Assembly: GCA_038046005.1 (NCBI GenBank) | Contig: JBBSXB010000005.1 | Coordinates: forward strand, 14,207-46,206 | Reading direction: 5' to 3' | Origin: Nanobdellota archaeon | GTDB taxonomy: Archaea; Nanobdellota; Nanobdellia; Pacearchaeales; GW2011-AR1 | DNA length: 32,000 nucleotides | Shown here: positions 1-8,969 of the stretch, piece by piece | Layout of the letters: each line of letters starts with the position of its first letter | Numbering within the stretch: position 1 is the stretch's first letter | Made by a program: the position numbers and the translations under genes | Notes under the pieces: model-generated | The model's database searches: none | What the model was told of the DNA's origin: nothing | The model's input: only the letters and a program-made list of their open reading frames with translations

Positions 1-1
1 T

Positions 2-391
2 AATTTTAAAAGAAATCTGAATAAGGGGGGATTAATCTTTTTTGATATATTCAATTTTAGATTTATGGACAAGAAATTTAAAGATGATCTATTTATTGAT
101 GCTTCTCGTACTATTAATGAAATATCTGCAACAAGATTTAATCAGAATAAATTAGATAAAAAAAACAAAGTCATGAAAATAAATCAGATAACTTTCATAG
201 AGGATAGAACATTAAAGATGTATAATGATTCTTGGGATTTAAAGATATACACATTAGAAGAAATCAATAAGATATTAGAAGATAATTTTGAAATAATAGA
301 AATCTATGGGAGTATTTTTGGAGATTCTATGCTTTGTCCGTATTCAGATGATAAGGAATGTATTGTAATTTTAGGTAAACTTAAGAATTAA
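2..391 (+). CDS. class I SAM-dependent methyltransferase, C-terminal part (5' end lies outside the window)
   Basis: The reading frame is open from base 2, with no stop before the listed ATG at 65. The translated ..NKGGLIFFDIFNF.. and the tail ..IEIYGSIFGD..ECIVILGKLK resemble the distal half of small class I methyltransferases. Stop TAA at 389-391. Confidence 0.5.
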   Translation, partial: NFKRNLNKGGLIFFDIFNFRFMDKKFKDDLFIDASRTINEISATRFNQNKLDKKNKVMKINQITFIEDRTLKMYNDSWDLKIYTLEEINKILEDNFEIIEIYGSIFGDSMLCPYSDDKECIVILGKLKN

Positions 392-486
392 AAAATAGTA
401 GTCTTCATGTTAAATCATTAACGGATTTAGTTGCCCATCTTCAATCGAAAAGATTAAATATTTATTATGTTGATATAACTGTATCA

Positions 487-1068
487 ATGACATTAATGCA
501 AACAAATTTAGAGGATTTTGAAGATGTAGTTAAAACCGCAATAAAAACAGGAGCAAAAAAGGTTGGTTTTAAAACTTATGTTCCAGACAGAAAATTAGGA
601 GTAGAAGATCCTGAATATGTTGGGGCTGCAGATGCTCTTCTAGTATTTAGAAGAACTGGAGAATTAATGGAACAATACGGAGATAAAATAATGATTTTAA
701 ATTCAGATGTTTTATGGCAAATTATTGAACCTACAAATCCAAAAATAGATGAGGCAAAAACATGTAATAAATATTTGACTGGATGTTCTGCTGGTTATAT
801 GGCTCTTTCAGTTTTGTCAGATGGTACAGTTTACCCTTGCAGAAGATTACCTATCTCTATTGGAAATATTAGGGAGGGAATTAGCAGTTTAATTATAGAG
901 AGTGAAGTTATGCAAGAACTAAGAGATTTAGATAAGATAAGGAGAAATACACTCTGTGATAAAGTTGTTCATTGCAGAGGTTGTAGAGCTGTTGCCTATG
1001 CAGTAACTGGAGATTACATGGCTAAAGATCCAATGTGTTTTAAACACCTTCTAGGGGAAAAGAAATGA
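487..1068 (+). CDS. SPASM/4Fe-4S accessory-domain protein: the C-terminal half of a radical SAM enzyme, with no CxxxCxxC core (truncated gene or stand-alone remnant)
   Basis: Contains CSAGYMALSVLSDGTVYPC (C-x12-G-x4-C) and ..CDKVVHCRGCRAVAYAVTGDYMAKDPMC, the typical end of SPASM-domain radical SAM maturases. No N-terminal radical SAM cysteine triad is present. The frame opens only from base 385. A TATA-like box (about 452-467) precedes the ATG. The stop overlaps the next start (ATGA at 1065). Confidence 0.65.
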   Translation: MTLMQTNLEDFEDVVKTAIKTGAKKVGFKTYVPDRKLGVEDPEYVGAADALLVFRRTGELMEQYGDKIMILNSDVLWQIIEPTNPKIDEAKTCNKYLTGCSAGYMALSVLSDGTVYPCRRLPISIGNIREGISSLIIESEVMQELRDLDKIRRNTLCDKVVHCRGCRAVAYAVTGDYMAKDPMCFKHLLGEKK

Positions 1069-1607
1069 TCAATGTTAAAGAAATAAAAAAAGAATTTTTA
1101 ATACATCTGTTGGAAAAACCAATAAACAAAATATTAGATCTCGGATGTGGAAATGGATTTATGTCTAAATTTTTTCATAAAAAAGGAGCAAAGGCTGTAG
1201 GAATAGACATCCAAGAAATTTCGGAAGATTCTGAAAATTTTAAATTTGTAAAAGGAGATATTAAAAAAGAAGACTTTGGAACAGAAAATAATTTAATTAT
1301 TGCTTCATTGATTTTACATTTTTTGGGTAAAGAGGATGCTTTAAAAGTAATTAATGAAATGAAAGAAGCAACTTCTAAAGAAGGTTATAATCTTTTAGTT
1401 TGTATGTCTGATGAAGATGATCTTGCAAAGAAAAAATCAGAAAAATTTTATCCCAGTTTTAAAGAATTAACTGAAACCTATAATGATTGGCATTTAGTAA
1501 AAGAGGTTAGAGGCATAACAGAAATAGAAGACCACGATGACCTTGGCTCTCACCAACATAACCTAATCTTTTTATTATTTCAAAAAGGAAAAACAAAGAA
1601 GAAGTAA
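1065..1607 (+). CDS. class I SAM-dependent methyltransferase (TehB-like, small)
   Basis: Motif I ILDLGCGNGFMS and an acidic post-I residue (VGIDI). The start overlaps the upstream stop, which indicates translational coupling. Confidence 0.75.
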   Translation: MINVKEIKKEFLIHLLEKPINKILDLGCGNGFMSKFFHKKGAKAVGIDIQEISEDSENFKFVKGDIKKEDFGTENNLIIASLILHFLGKEDALKVINEMKEATSKEGYNLLVCMSDEDDLAKKKSEKFYPSFKELTETYNDWHLVKEVRGITEIEDHDDLGSHQHNLIFLLFQKGKTKKK

Positions 1608-1609
1608 AA

Positions 1610-2281
1610 ATGCCAACAGTTACATTTAAACTAGACAAGGATAGAGATATTCGTAATGTTTGGGAATTATGCAATATGACATTACCTTGGACAGAATCTA
1701 CAGAAAAAAAGCCCTTGGAAAGGGATTATCAAGATTTGTTTAGAAATAGGAGTTTTGAAGAATGTAGAGAAGAAATTTGGAATTCTATAAAAGGATTATA
1801 TTCTTTAGGAATTGTTGATGCATTTACTGCTAGTGCCAAAAAATCATGGGAGGGATTAAATCAAGAATATTTTTTAAGGCTTGAAAGGGTTACCGGTAGG
1901 GCAGTATATACACAGAATTTTGTAGCATATACCACTACAGTTGGGAGATGCCCTTATAATATCCAAGATAATTCTTTTATGCTTTCTATCAGAAGACCTC
2001 TTTTGCAATGTCTGCGTACTTCCGGACACGAATTAATGCATTTACAATTTAGCCATTATTTTTTGGACAAAATGGTAGCACAAATTGGAAATGCAAAAAC
2101 AGCTGATTTAAATGAATCATTAACTGTTTTATTAAATCTAGAATTTGAAGATTTGTGGTTAGTTGAAGATAGAGGTTATCCTAGTCATGAAAAACTTCGA
2201 GAGTTTATTGCACTGGAGTGGAAAAAAGAAAAAGATTTTGATGTTCTTTTAGAAAAATGTGTTGGGTATTTGAAAGGATAG
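1610..2281 (+). CDS. hypothetical protein with an HExxH motif (possible zinc metallopeptidase-like protein)
   Basis: TSGHELMHLQF followed by a downstream Glu (..DLNESL..). Starts 2 nt after the previous stop. Ends in TAG. No family recognised. Confidence 0.5.
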   Translation: MPTVTFKLDKDRDIRNVWELCNMTLPWTESTEKKPLERDYQDLFRNRSFEECREEIWNSIKGLYSLGIVDAFTASAKKSWEGLNQEYFLRLERVTGRAVYTQNFVAYTTTVGRCPYNIQDNSFMLSIRRPLLQCLRTSGHELMHLQFSHYFLDKMVAQIGNAKTADLNESLTVLLNLEFEDLWLVEDRGYPSHEKLREFIALEWKKEKDFDVLLEKCVGYLKG

Positions 2282-2326
2282 ATTTCTAATCATCAAATTT
2301 AAATAAATCAAAAAGAACAGTATAAC

Positions 2327-3061
2327 ATGAAACTAAAGATTTTGACTCTCAATATCTGGAGATATTATGATTGGGAAAAGAGAAAAAAGAAAGTTATCAA
2401 CTTTTTGAAAGAACAAAATGCAGATATAGTTTTTATTCAGGAAGCTGCCTTTGATGAAAGGCTTAAAGAAAAATATGAAAATCAAGTGGATGAAATAAAT
2501 AAAGAGTTAAATTATGGGTCATTTAATTTTCTAAAAATGAGAAGGATGACTAAATGGCACGAAAAGCCTATTGACTGGGAAATGTGGTATGGGCTAGGCA
2601 TTTTGTCTAAATTTCCAATAAAAAAATCAGAATTAGTGATTCTTCCACATGTAAAGAAAGACAAAAATTCCGGATTTTTGCATACTAAAGCAGAAATTTC
2701 TCACGGAGATTTGGACTTAATAAATGTCCATTTTGAAAATACGGATGAAGGATCTAAAGAGCATTTAAAATATGTTTTAGAATGGTGCAAAAAAAGAAAC
2801 ATAAAACCAATAATTGCAGGAGACTTTAATATGCGGAAGACAGGAACATTAATTGAACTTTCTGACAAAGAATATGGCATTTCATATAAATTGAAGCCAT
2901 ATTTTTCTTTTATGCCGACTGATTTTTCCAACAACAAGGAGCCAATTACATTAGACTATATATTAGCACATAAGGAGAAATTTAAAGTATTGGATGTAAA
3001 ATGCACACAGAATAACATATCCGATCATAATCCCGTTATAGCTTTTTTAGAATTAATCTAA
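2327..3061 (+). CDS. endonuclease/exonuclease/phosphatase (EEP) family protein
   Basis: LKILTLNIW.., ADIVFIQEA, IIAGDFN and the terminal SDHNPV motif are typical of the EEP fold. It has its own TATA-like box at about 2296-2307. Confidence 0.75.
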   Translation: MKLKILTLNIWRYYDWEKRKKKVINFLKEQNADIVFIQEAAFDERLKEKYENQVDEINKELNYGSFNFLKMRRMTKWHEKPIDWEMWYGLGILSKFPIKKSELVILPHVKKDKNSGFLHTKAEISHGDLDLINVHFENTDEGSKEHLKYVLEWCKKRNIKPIIAGDFNMRKTGTLIELSDKEYGISYKLKPYFSFMPTDFSNNKEPITLDYILAHKEKFKVLDVKCTQNNISDHNPVIAFLELI

Positions 3062-3066
3062 TAAAC

Positions 3067-4251
3067 TCACTCACTCTTCTTATCTCTAGCCAAAAATCCC
3101 CACCAGGAAGATTTTGTCTTTGTTATTTCTCCTGTTTCAGGGTCAATTTCTGTTACAACTCTTTCCCTGACTGGAACAGTCCAAAGAAGTCTTGCGTTCT
3201 TTTTTCCTTTGTATTCGTAGAATCCATCATCTTTCAATTCTATTTCTTCATCTTCTAACTCAATTTTTTCTTTTTCCCTGAATTTTATCTTTAATTGGTC
3301 AGGGGTTATTTTTATTATTTTAATGTCTCCATTTCCAAATTCTCCTATCAATGTTCCATTTTCGCTGTATATTGATATGTTTGTTGTTACATTGACTCCT
3401 TGTATTTGTATTATTATGTTTCCTGATTTTCCTGCAAATATTGTCATTTGCCTACCTCCTCCTTCAAGAGGGCATTTCATTACAACTCCAGTACATGTGC
3501 AATTTTCAGGACATGTTTGGCCTGTTCTATCTTCGAACTTTATTCTTTGCTTTTCTTTTACTTCAAATTTTCCTCTGCATAAAGAGGTGTCATTCATTAT
3601 TTCTTTGGTGAATATTTTGTCTTTCTTATTTTCTCTTGATGTGCAGGAATCTCTATCTATCCATAAATATTTTGTTCTTTCTTCAAACCCATTTTTTATT
3701 TCCTGTTTCATATATAGTTTGCAGCAAACTTTGTCATTGAAATCATCATTATCTCCATCAGTTTCGTTTTCATCATCGTCTTCTGTTTCATTGTCATCAT
3801 CATCATCTATAACACATCTTCCATCTTCACATTCTTTTCCAGAAGGGCAATCAGAGTCCTCATCACATGTTGTTGTAGTTACGTTTGCCTTGCATCTTCC
3901 ATCTAAGCATATTTCTGGGCAAGTGTAGTTTATGAATGAAGTTGTATTTTCTGAGCAATAGCCCTCTGATAAAATTTTGTCAGTTAAGCAAATGTCATAT
4001 GTCTTATCTGATGTTACATTAGTGCAGTCATTTCCTGTGCATCCTGTTCCAGTGTACACTCTTCCTTTTTCTCCATAGTCTTTTCCGCCATCTGTGTCTA
4101 TGCAACTTGTAATTAATGTGTTGTTTGTTTCATTGTTTGTAGAATTCGTTTCATTCTCAGGTGCAGGAACAAAAGCTATCAAAAAAAGTACTGTTAAAAG
4201 TCCTAACCCAACTAGCACAACTTCTCTCCCCATTTTAAACTCTTTTTGCAT
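3067..4251 (-). CDS. membrane-anchored/secreted Cys-rich protein with an acidic linker (hypothetical surface glycoprotein)
   Basis: N-terminal hydrophobic segment VVLVGLGLLTVLFLIAFV. Many N-x-S/T sequons (NETNSTNNETNNT..). Cys-rich modules (CIDTDGGKDY.., CDEDSDCPSGKECEDGRC). A poly-Asp/Glu linker, and a C-terminal domain ending ..SSWWGFLARD. Confidence 0.6.
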   Translation of the reverse strand: MQKEFKMGREVVLVGLGLLTVLFLIAFVPAPENETNSTNNETNNTLITSCIDTDGGKDYGEKGRVYTGTGCTGNDCTNVTSDKTYDICLTDKILSEGYCSENTTSFINYTCPEICLDGRCKANVTTTTCDEDSDCPSGKECEDGRCVIDDDDDNETEDDDENETDGDNDDFNDKVCCKLYMKQEIKNGFEERTKYLWIDRDSCTSRENKKDKIFTKEIMNDTSLCRGKFEVKEKQRIKFEDRTGQTCPENCTCTGVVMKCPLEGGGRQMTIFAGKSGNIIIQIQGVNVTTNISIYSENGTLIGEFGNGDIKIIKITPDQLKIKFREKEKIELEDEEIELKDDGFYEYKGKKNARLLWTVPVRERVVTEIDPETGEITKTKSSWWGFLARDKKSE

Positions 4252-4413
4252 TTAAGGATTAGAAATCTAGAGTTTAAATATGTTTTTGTTGTGAAATACA
4301 AGTGTTGGCTATTAATATAATGGGAATTTTGTTTATTATCGCGAACAATTGATGTGATTTTAATGATAAAAAGTGAGCAATTAGCTGTATTGGGCTTATA
4401 GTGGTGATATATT

Positions 4414-5619
4414 CTAAATCACTATTTCTCCAAATCCTATCAATCTCCAGTGACCATCAATGTTTCTCGCAATTCCCAAATTATCTTCTTTTATTGCAAC
4501 TATTGGGATGTTCAATAAGAGTTCAATGTCATTTTTTGATATTTTTTCTACGCTCCCGACTGTTATTGTCGTGTTGACACTTAGCATAAGCATTTCTTTT
4601 GTTTTTATCGGGTCAACTGGCTTATGAGCTTCAATTCCCAGGACTTCTTTGAACAATGTTGGCTTTATTTTTACCTTATAAGATATCTCTGGCAGAGTCC
4701 CTTTTCTAGATACTAGACAGCCAACCAAAGAATCCGCTTTTGTTAAAATAGGATCTAAAGATGTTTCAATTGAAATGCTTGCTCCAGGATGAACTTCATC
4801 CACGCTTTTATTTCCCTTATGCAAAGATAAAATTTTTGAGTTTAAGGTTTCGTAATTTTTTTGATTTGCCTTTTTCACGACTCTTCCAGGTTTTATTTCA
4901 ATTTCATCTCCAACATTTAATGTTCCATGTTTTAAAATTCCTCCCAAAATTCCACCGCTAAGATTTTTTATCTCTGTCCCGGGTTTGTTAATATCAAAAC
5001 TTCTTGCAATTAAAAAACATGGAGGTTTTGAGGAGTCGTGATCTGGAATTTTAATTGAGCATAAAGCCTCAAAAATTTTGTCAATATTTAGTTCCTGCTG
5101 GGCCGAGACAGGGATTATGGGAGAGTTTTCAGCAATTGTTCCTTTAACAAATTCTTTTATCTCTTTGTAATTCTTAACTGCCTGTTCTTTGTCAACAAGA
5201 TCTATTTTATTTTGGATTATGATTATGTCTTTTATTTTTTTTGCCTGGAGAGCTACAAAATGCTCTCGTGTTTGGGGTTTTATCCCTTCATTTGCAGCGA
5301 TTACGAGAATTGCAGCGTCGATGATTGCTGCTCCAGAAAGCATTGTCGCCATTAACATTTCATGCCCCGGTGCATCTATAAAACTAACATATCTTTGAGG
5401 AATGCCTTTTCCTTTGTTATTAAATCCATCTTTGTCTTTGCAGATTATTGTTTCAGCATATCCTAACTTTATTGTTATTCCTCTCTTTAACTCTTCAGAG
5501 TGTGTGTCTGTGAATTTTCCAGTGAGCTTGCTAAGCAAAGTTGTTTTTCCGTGGTCAATGTGGCCTACAACTCCAACATTAATTTCTGGAATTTCATCAT
5601 TTGTATTTGGTTTTGCCAT
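4414..5619 (-). CDS. eif2g: translation initiation factor 2 subunit gamma (aIF2-gamma)
   Basis: GTPase motifs GHIDHGKTT, DAPGHE, QNKID and overall aIF2-gamma architecture. I chose the ATG at 5619 (MAKPNT..), because the track start at 5631 is a TTG. A TATA-like box lies about 22 nt upstream. Confidence 0.93.
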   Translation of the reverse strand: MAKPNTNDEIPEINVGVVGHIDHGKTTLLSKLTGKFTDTHSEELKRGITIKLGYAETIICKDKDGFNNKGKGIPQRYVSFIDAPGHEMLMATMLSGAAIIDAAILVIAANEGIKPQTREHFVALQAKKIKDIIIIQNKIDLVDKEQAVKNYKEIKEFVKGTIAENSPIIPVSAQQELNIDKIFEALCSIKIPDHDSSKPPCFLIARSFDINKPGTEIKNLSGGILGGILKHGTLNVGDEIEIKPGRVVKKANQKNYETLNSKILSLHKGNKSVDEVHPGASISIETSLDPILTKADSLVGCLVSRKGTLPEISYKVKIKPTLFKEVLGIEAHKPVDPIKTKEMLMLSVNTTITVGSVEKISKNDIELLLNIPIVAIKEDNLGIARNIDGHWRLIGFGEIVI

Positions 5620-5712
5620 AAAATAAGACAATAGAAGAAGTTTTTAAAGGTTGTTAATGGGGTAGAATTTAAATATATCTTTTTCTTTTTATGCAATGAA
5701 AAAGAGGGGTAA
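5620..5712. promoter_or_regulatory. divergent promoter region between eif2g and the P-type ATPase
   Basis: cctttaaaaac (minus sense) sits about 22 nt before the eif2g ATG. aatttaaatatat sits about 35 nt before the ATPase ATG, with a purine-rich gagggg just upstream of that ATG. Confidence 0.5.
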
Positions 5713-8295
5713 ATGGATATTTTAAAAGATAAGGAAATTAGCAGCGACTTGCACGCTAAGTACTCTGGGTTGGATGTTAGTGAAACGCTGAAAGATTTGA
5801 ACACCTCTCTTAACGGAATTTCAGAGCGAGAAGCTGAAGACAGACTCGAGAAATTTGGATTTAACGAGCCTGCGAAGAAAAAAAGATATCACATTGTGGT
5901 TAAATTTCTCATGAACTTCCTTAATCCTCTGATAATAATACTAATGGTCATAGATGTTTTATCTTTATTTTTTGGAGAAAAAATAAGCGCCATCTTCATT
6001 TCAGCGATGATTTTAATAAGTGTTTCGTTAAGTTTCATACAAGAAAATGGTTCTCAAAAAGCGATAGAAAAATTAAGGAATTTAGTAAAGACAAGAATTT
6101 TAGTTACGAGATCTGGGAAGCAAAGAGAGATTGACATTAAAGACGTTGTCCCTGGAGATATAGTCCATCTATATGTTGGAGATGTTGTTCCAGCAGATTT
6201 GAGAATAATATCTTCACAGAGCCTTTTTGTGAACCAGTCAACATTGACTGGAGAGTCCATCCCTTCAGAAAAAATTTCTTTTGCAATTAAGCTAAACGGA
6301 AATTCCATCACTGACTTGAACAACATTGCTTTTATGGGGTCAAGCATTGTATCTGGAAGCGGTGTTGGAGTTGTTGTTTCAACAGGATTATCGACGGCTT
6401 TTGGCGAGATATCAAAAACCTTAGTCAAAGACAAAGAAAAAACAAGCTTTGATATCGGCATAAAAAAATTCACGCTTCTTCTGATAAGGTTCACTATAAT
6501 CCTTGTTATTGCAATATTCTTCATTAACTTTGTTTTTAAAAGCGGTACATTCAGAGAGGCCCTGCTTTTTTCTCTTGCTGTTGCTGTGGGGTTAACACCT
6601 GAAATGTTGCCGACTATTGTCACTATAAATCTTTCAAAAGGGGCTAGGGCAATGGCACAAAAAAAAGTGATTGTCAAACATCTGGATTCAATCCAAAATT
6701 TTGGAGCCATGGATGTTTTGTGCACAGACAAGACCGGAACTTTGACTGAGAATAAAATAACTCTTGAGAGGTATTGTGATGTTAACGGAAAAGAAAGCGA
6801 ACGTGTTTTTAACTATACCTACCTAAACAGCTATCATCAAACCGGAATAAAAAATCTGATTGAAAAGGCCATATTAGACAGAAAAAAAATATCCGTTTCT
6901 CAATACAAAAAAATTGGAGAGATTCCTTATGATTATTCAAGAAAAATTATCTCAATCGCCGTAGAAGACAAGAATACAAACCGGAAAATTGTGATTTCCA
7001 AGGGGGCTCCAGAAGAGATATTCAAAAGGTGCGGCGAGTATGAAACTTCCGGAAGAGTCATGAAAATTAATGAAAGCGTCTTTGTGAAATTGAAAAAAGA
7101 ATATGAAAAACTGAGCAATGAAGGATTTATTGTTATCGCTGTTGCGTATAAAGAACTAGGGAAAGGAAAGTCTAAAATTTCTAAAGAAGATGAAAAAAAT
7201 CTCGTTTTGATAGGTTACCTTGCTTTTCTTGATCCTCCGAAACATTCTGTCAGAGAAATCATAACCAGTTTAAAAAATCTGGGAATTGAAATGAAAGTAC
7301 TCACTGGAGATAATGATGTGATAACTAGAAGAATCTGCCAAGATGTTGGGTTTGAAATCAAGGGCGTTCTTACAGGAGATGAAATTGATAGGCTTAGTGA
7401 ATCTGAGATTAAAGAGGCTGTCGAAAAAATAAATATTTTTACAAGACTTAGCCCTATTCAAAAAAAGAGAGTTATCGATGCGCTAAGATTGAACAAGCAT
7501 GTTGTTGGGTATCTTGGAGATGGGATGAATGATGCCCCTGCCTTGAGAGCTGCTGACGTCGGTATTTCTGTGAATAATGCTGTTGAGATTGCAAGAGAAT
7601 CGGCTGATGTTATTCTGCTCGAGAAAAATCTGTTAGTTCTTAAAGAGGGAATCCTCGAGGGAAGAATGACTTTTGGCAATATTGTGAAATACTTAAAAAT
7701 GGGTTCCAGCTCTAATTTTGGAAATATGCTTTCTTTTAGCGGTGCAGTTATTTTTGTTCCGTTTTTGCCTATGCTTCCAATACAGATTTTGTTTAATAAT
7801 TTCCTTTATGATCTTTCTCAGATTTCTCTTCCTGTTGACAGGGTTGACAAGGAATATCTAACTAAACCAAGGACGTGGAATATTAAGTTCCTTGAGAAAT
7901 TCATGCTTTTTATAGGGCCGCTAAGTTCTATTTTTGATTTCATAATTTTTGGAATTATGTTCTTTGTTTTTAATGCTACGACTGCGGCTAGCGCCTCTAT
8001 TTTTCAAACAGGATGGTTTATCGAGTCTATGGTCACTCAGATTCTTGTGATGTTTGTTATAAGAACGAATAAAATTCCATTCTTAGAGAGCAAGCCCCAT
8101 AAATTATTTGTATTAAGCTCAGTCTTGATTCTTATTGTAGCGATAGGAGCTACACTTTCATCATTTGGAAAATTCTTCGGATTTACTCCTCTTCCCTTTG
8201 TTTATTTTGTGATATTATTCCTTATGACTATTGTCTACTTAGTATTGGTGCAAATTGTGAAATCCTGGGTCGTTAAGAAGTATGGATATCAGTGA
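5713..8295 (+). CDS. mgtA: magnesium-translocating P-type ATPase (MgtA-like, type IIIB)
   Basis: TGES, CTDKTGTLTENK, TGDN, GDGMNDAPAL and the ten-helix layout. The N-terminal ..GLSEREAEDRLEKFGFN.. and the short basic C-terminus resemble MgtA/MgtB. Confidence 0.82.
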   Translation: MDILKDKEISSDLHAKYSGLDVSETLKDLNTSLNGISEREAEDRLEKFGFNEPAKKKRYHIVVKFLMNFLNPLIIILMVIDVLSLFFGEKISAIFISAMILISVSLSFIQENGSQKAIEKLRNLVKTRILVTRSGKQREIDIKDVVPGDIVHLYVGDVVPADLRIISSQSLFVNQSTLTGESIPSEKISFAIKLNGNSITDLNNIAFMGSSIVSGSGVGVVVSTGLSTAFGEISKTLVKDKEKTSFDIGIKKFTLLLIRFTIILVIAIFFINFVFKSGTFREALLFSLAVAVGLTPEMLPTIVTINLSKGARAMAQKKVIVKHLDSIQNFGAMDVLCTDKTGTLTENKITLERYCDVNGKESERVFNYTYLNSYHQTGIKNLIEKAILDRKKISVSQYKKIGEIPYDYSRKIISIAVEDKNTNRKIVISKGAPEEIFKRCGEYETSGRVMKINESVFVKLKKEYEKLSNEGFIVIAVAYKELGKGKSKISKEDEKNLVLIGYLAFLDPPKHSVREIITSLKNLGIEMKVLTGDNDVITRRICQDVGFEIKGVLTGDEIDRLSESEIKEAVEKINIFTRLSPIQKKRVIDALRLNKHVVGYLGDGMNDAPALRAADVGISVNNAVEIARESADVILLEKNLLVLKEGILEGRMTFGNIVKYLKMGSSSNFGNMLSFSGAVIFVPFLPMLPIQILFNNFLYDLSQISLPVDRVDKEYLTKPRTWNIKFLEKFMLFIGPLSSIFDFIIFGIMFFVFNATTAASASIFQTGWFIESMVTQILVMFVIRTNKIPFLESKPHKLFVLSSVLILIVAIGATLSSFGKFFGFTPLPFVYFVILFLMTIVYLVLVQIVKSWVVKKYGYQ

Positions 8296-8925
8296 TTAGA
8301 CATATCTTATCCCTAAGGAAGTGAGGTCTGGGAAATTATTTCTGAACTCTTGTGGAGAAAGGGTTAGTCTACGCATTCTTTCTTCAGCAAGTAAGGGGTA
8401 AAGATCTTCCATTTCATTTGGGTTGATTGTTGATATGCCTCCAATTCCTATTTCCTCCTTCTTTGTTGATTTCACTAGAAAAGGATTTGCTGTTGCTCTT
8501 CCTTCTTCGTCAGATTTTTCAAAAGGGAAGTATACAATATCTCTATCTATTTTTGTGTTTTTGGGATTACTTTTGCTCCAATCTTTTCCTTTGACAAAAC
8601 CTAATAGATGAAGTAATGGCTCTCTTGTTTCTTCTTTTCTTTCGCCATAGACTACAAAACCCTGGAGTTTTGCAGACCTTTTTACAAAATGTTCAACAGC
8701 TTTTTCCAGGCTTCCATAAGCTTCTTCAAGACAAATATTAAAAATATAACCTCTTGTTATAACTCCATTTGGGTTGTCTGGAAAGTTTACAACTGCTAAA
8801 ATGTTTGGAGAATAAGATGTTAATCTTTCAACTCTTTTAAAATATTTTGAGATGTCTGATATTGTGTATTCTTCAACTTTTTTGATTACGTTTGCCCTAT
8901 CAGCTATCTGGATTAGTTGAGGCAT
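8296..8925 (-). CDS. hypothetical protein
   Basis: Clean 209-codon ORF with a TATA-like box (gttttaaaag, 8949-8958 on the plus strand) about 25 nt upstream. No motif recognised. Confidence 0.5.
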   Translation of the reverse strand: MPQLIQIADRANVIKKVEEYTISDISKYFKRVERLTSYSPNILAVVNFPDNPNGVITRGYIFNICLEEAYGSLEKAVEHFVKRSAKLQGFVVYGERKEETREPLLHLLGFVKGKDWSKSNPKNTKIDRDIVYFPFEKSDEEGRATANPFLVKSTKKEEIGIGGISTINPNEMEDLYPLLAEERMRRLTLSPQEFRNNFPDLTSLGIRYV

Positions 8926-8969
8926 TAGAAGAAAACTTAAGTCTGTTTTAAAAGAGTTATGGAGTTCAA

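Noticed and set aside
487-2281. Interpreting the SPASM/methyltransferase/HExxH operon as an active RiPP biosynthetic cluster.
   Set aside because: The radical SAM catalytic core is absent, and I found no small precursor-like ORF nearby. It is kept only as a remnant or unknown operon finding.
3323-3928. Long antisense ORFs inside confident genes: 3323-3928 (+), 6054-6731 (-) and 14013-14732 (+), plus several shorter ones in the two ATPases, infB and serS.
   Set aside because: Their translations are low-complexity, Ser/Phe/Leu/Ile-rich mirror images of the purine-rich sense codons (gaa/aaa/gat), which suppress stop codons on the opposite strand. The opposite-strand genes have unmistakable family motifs. 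No promoter boxes precede these ORFs.
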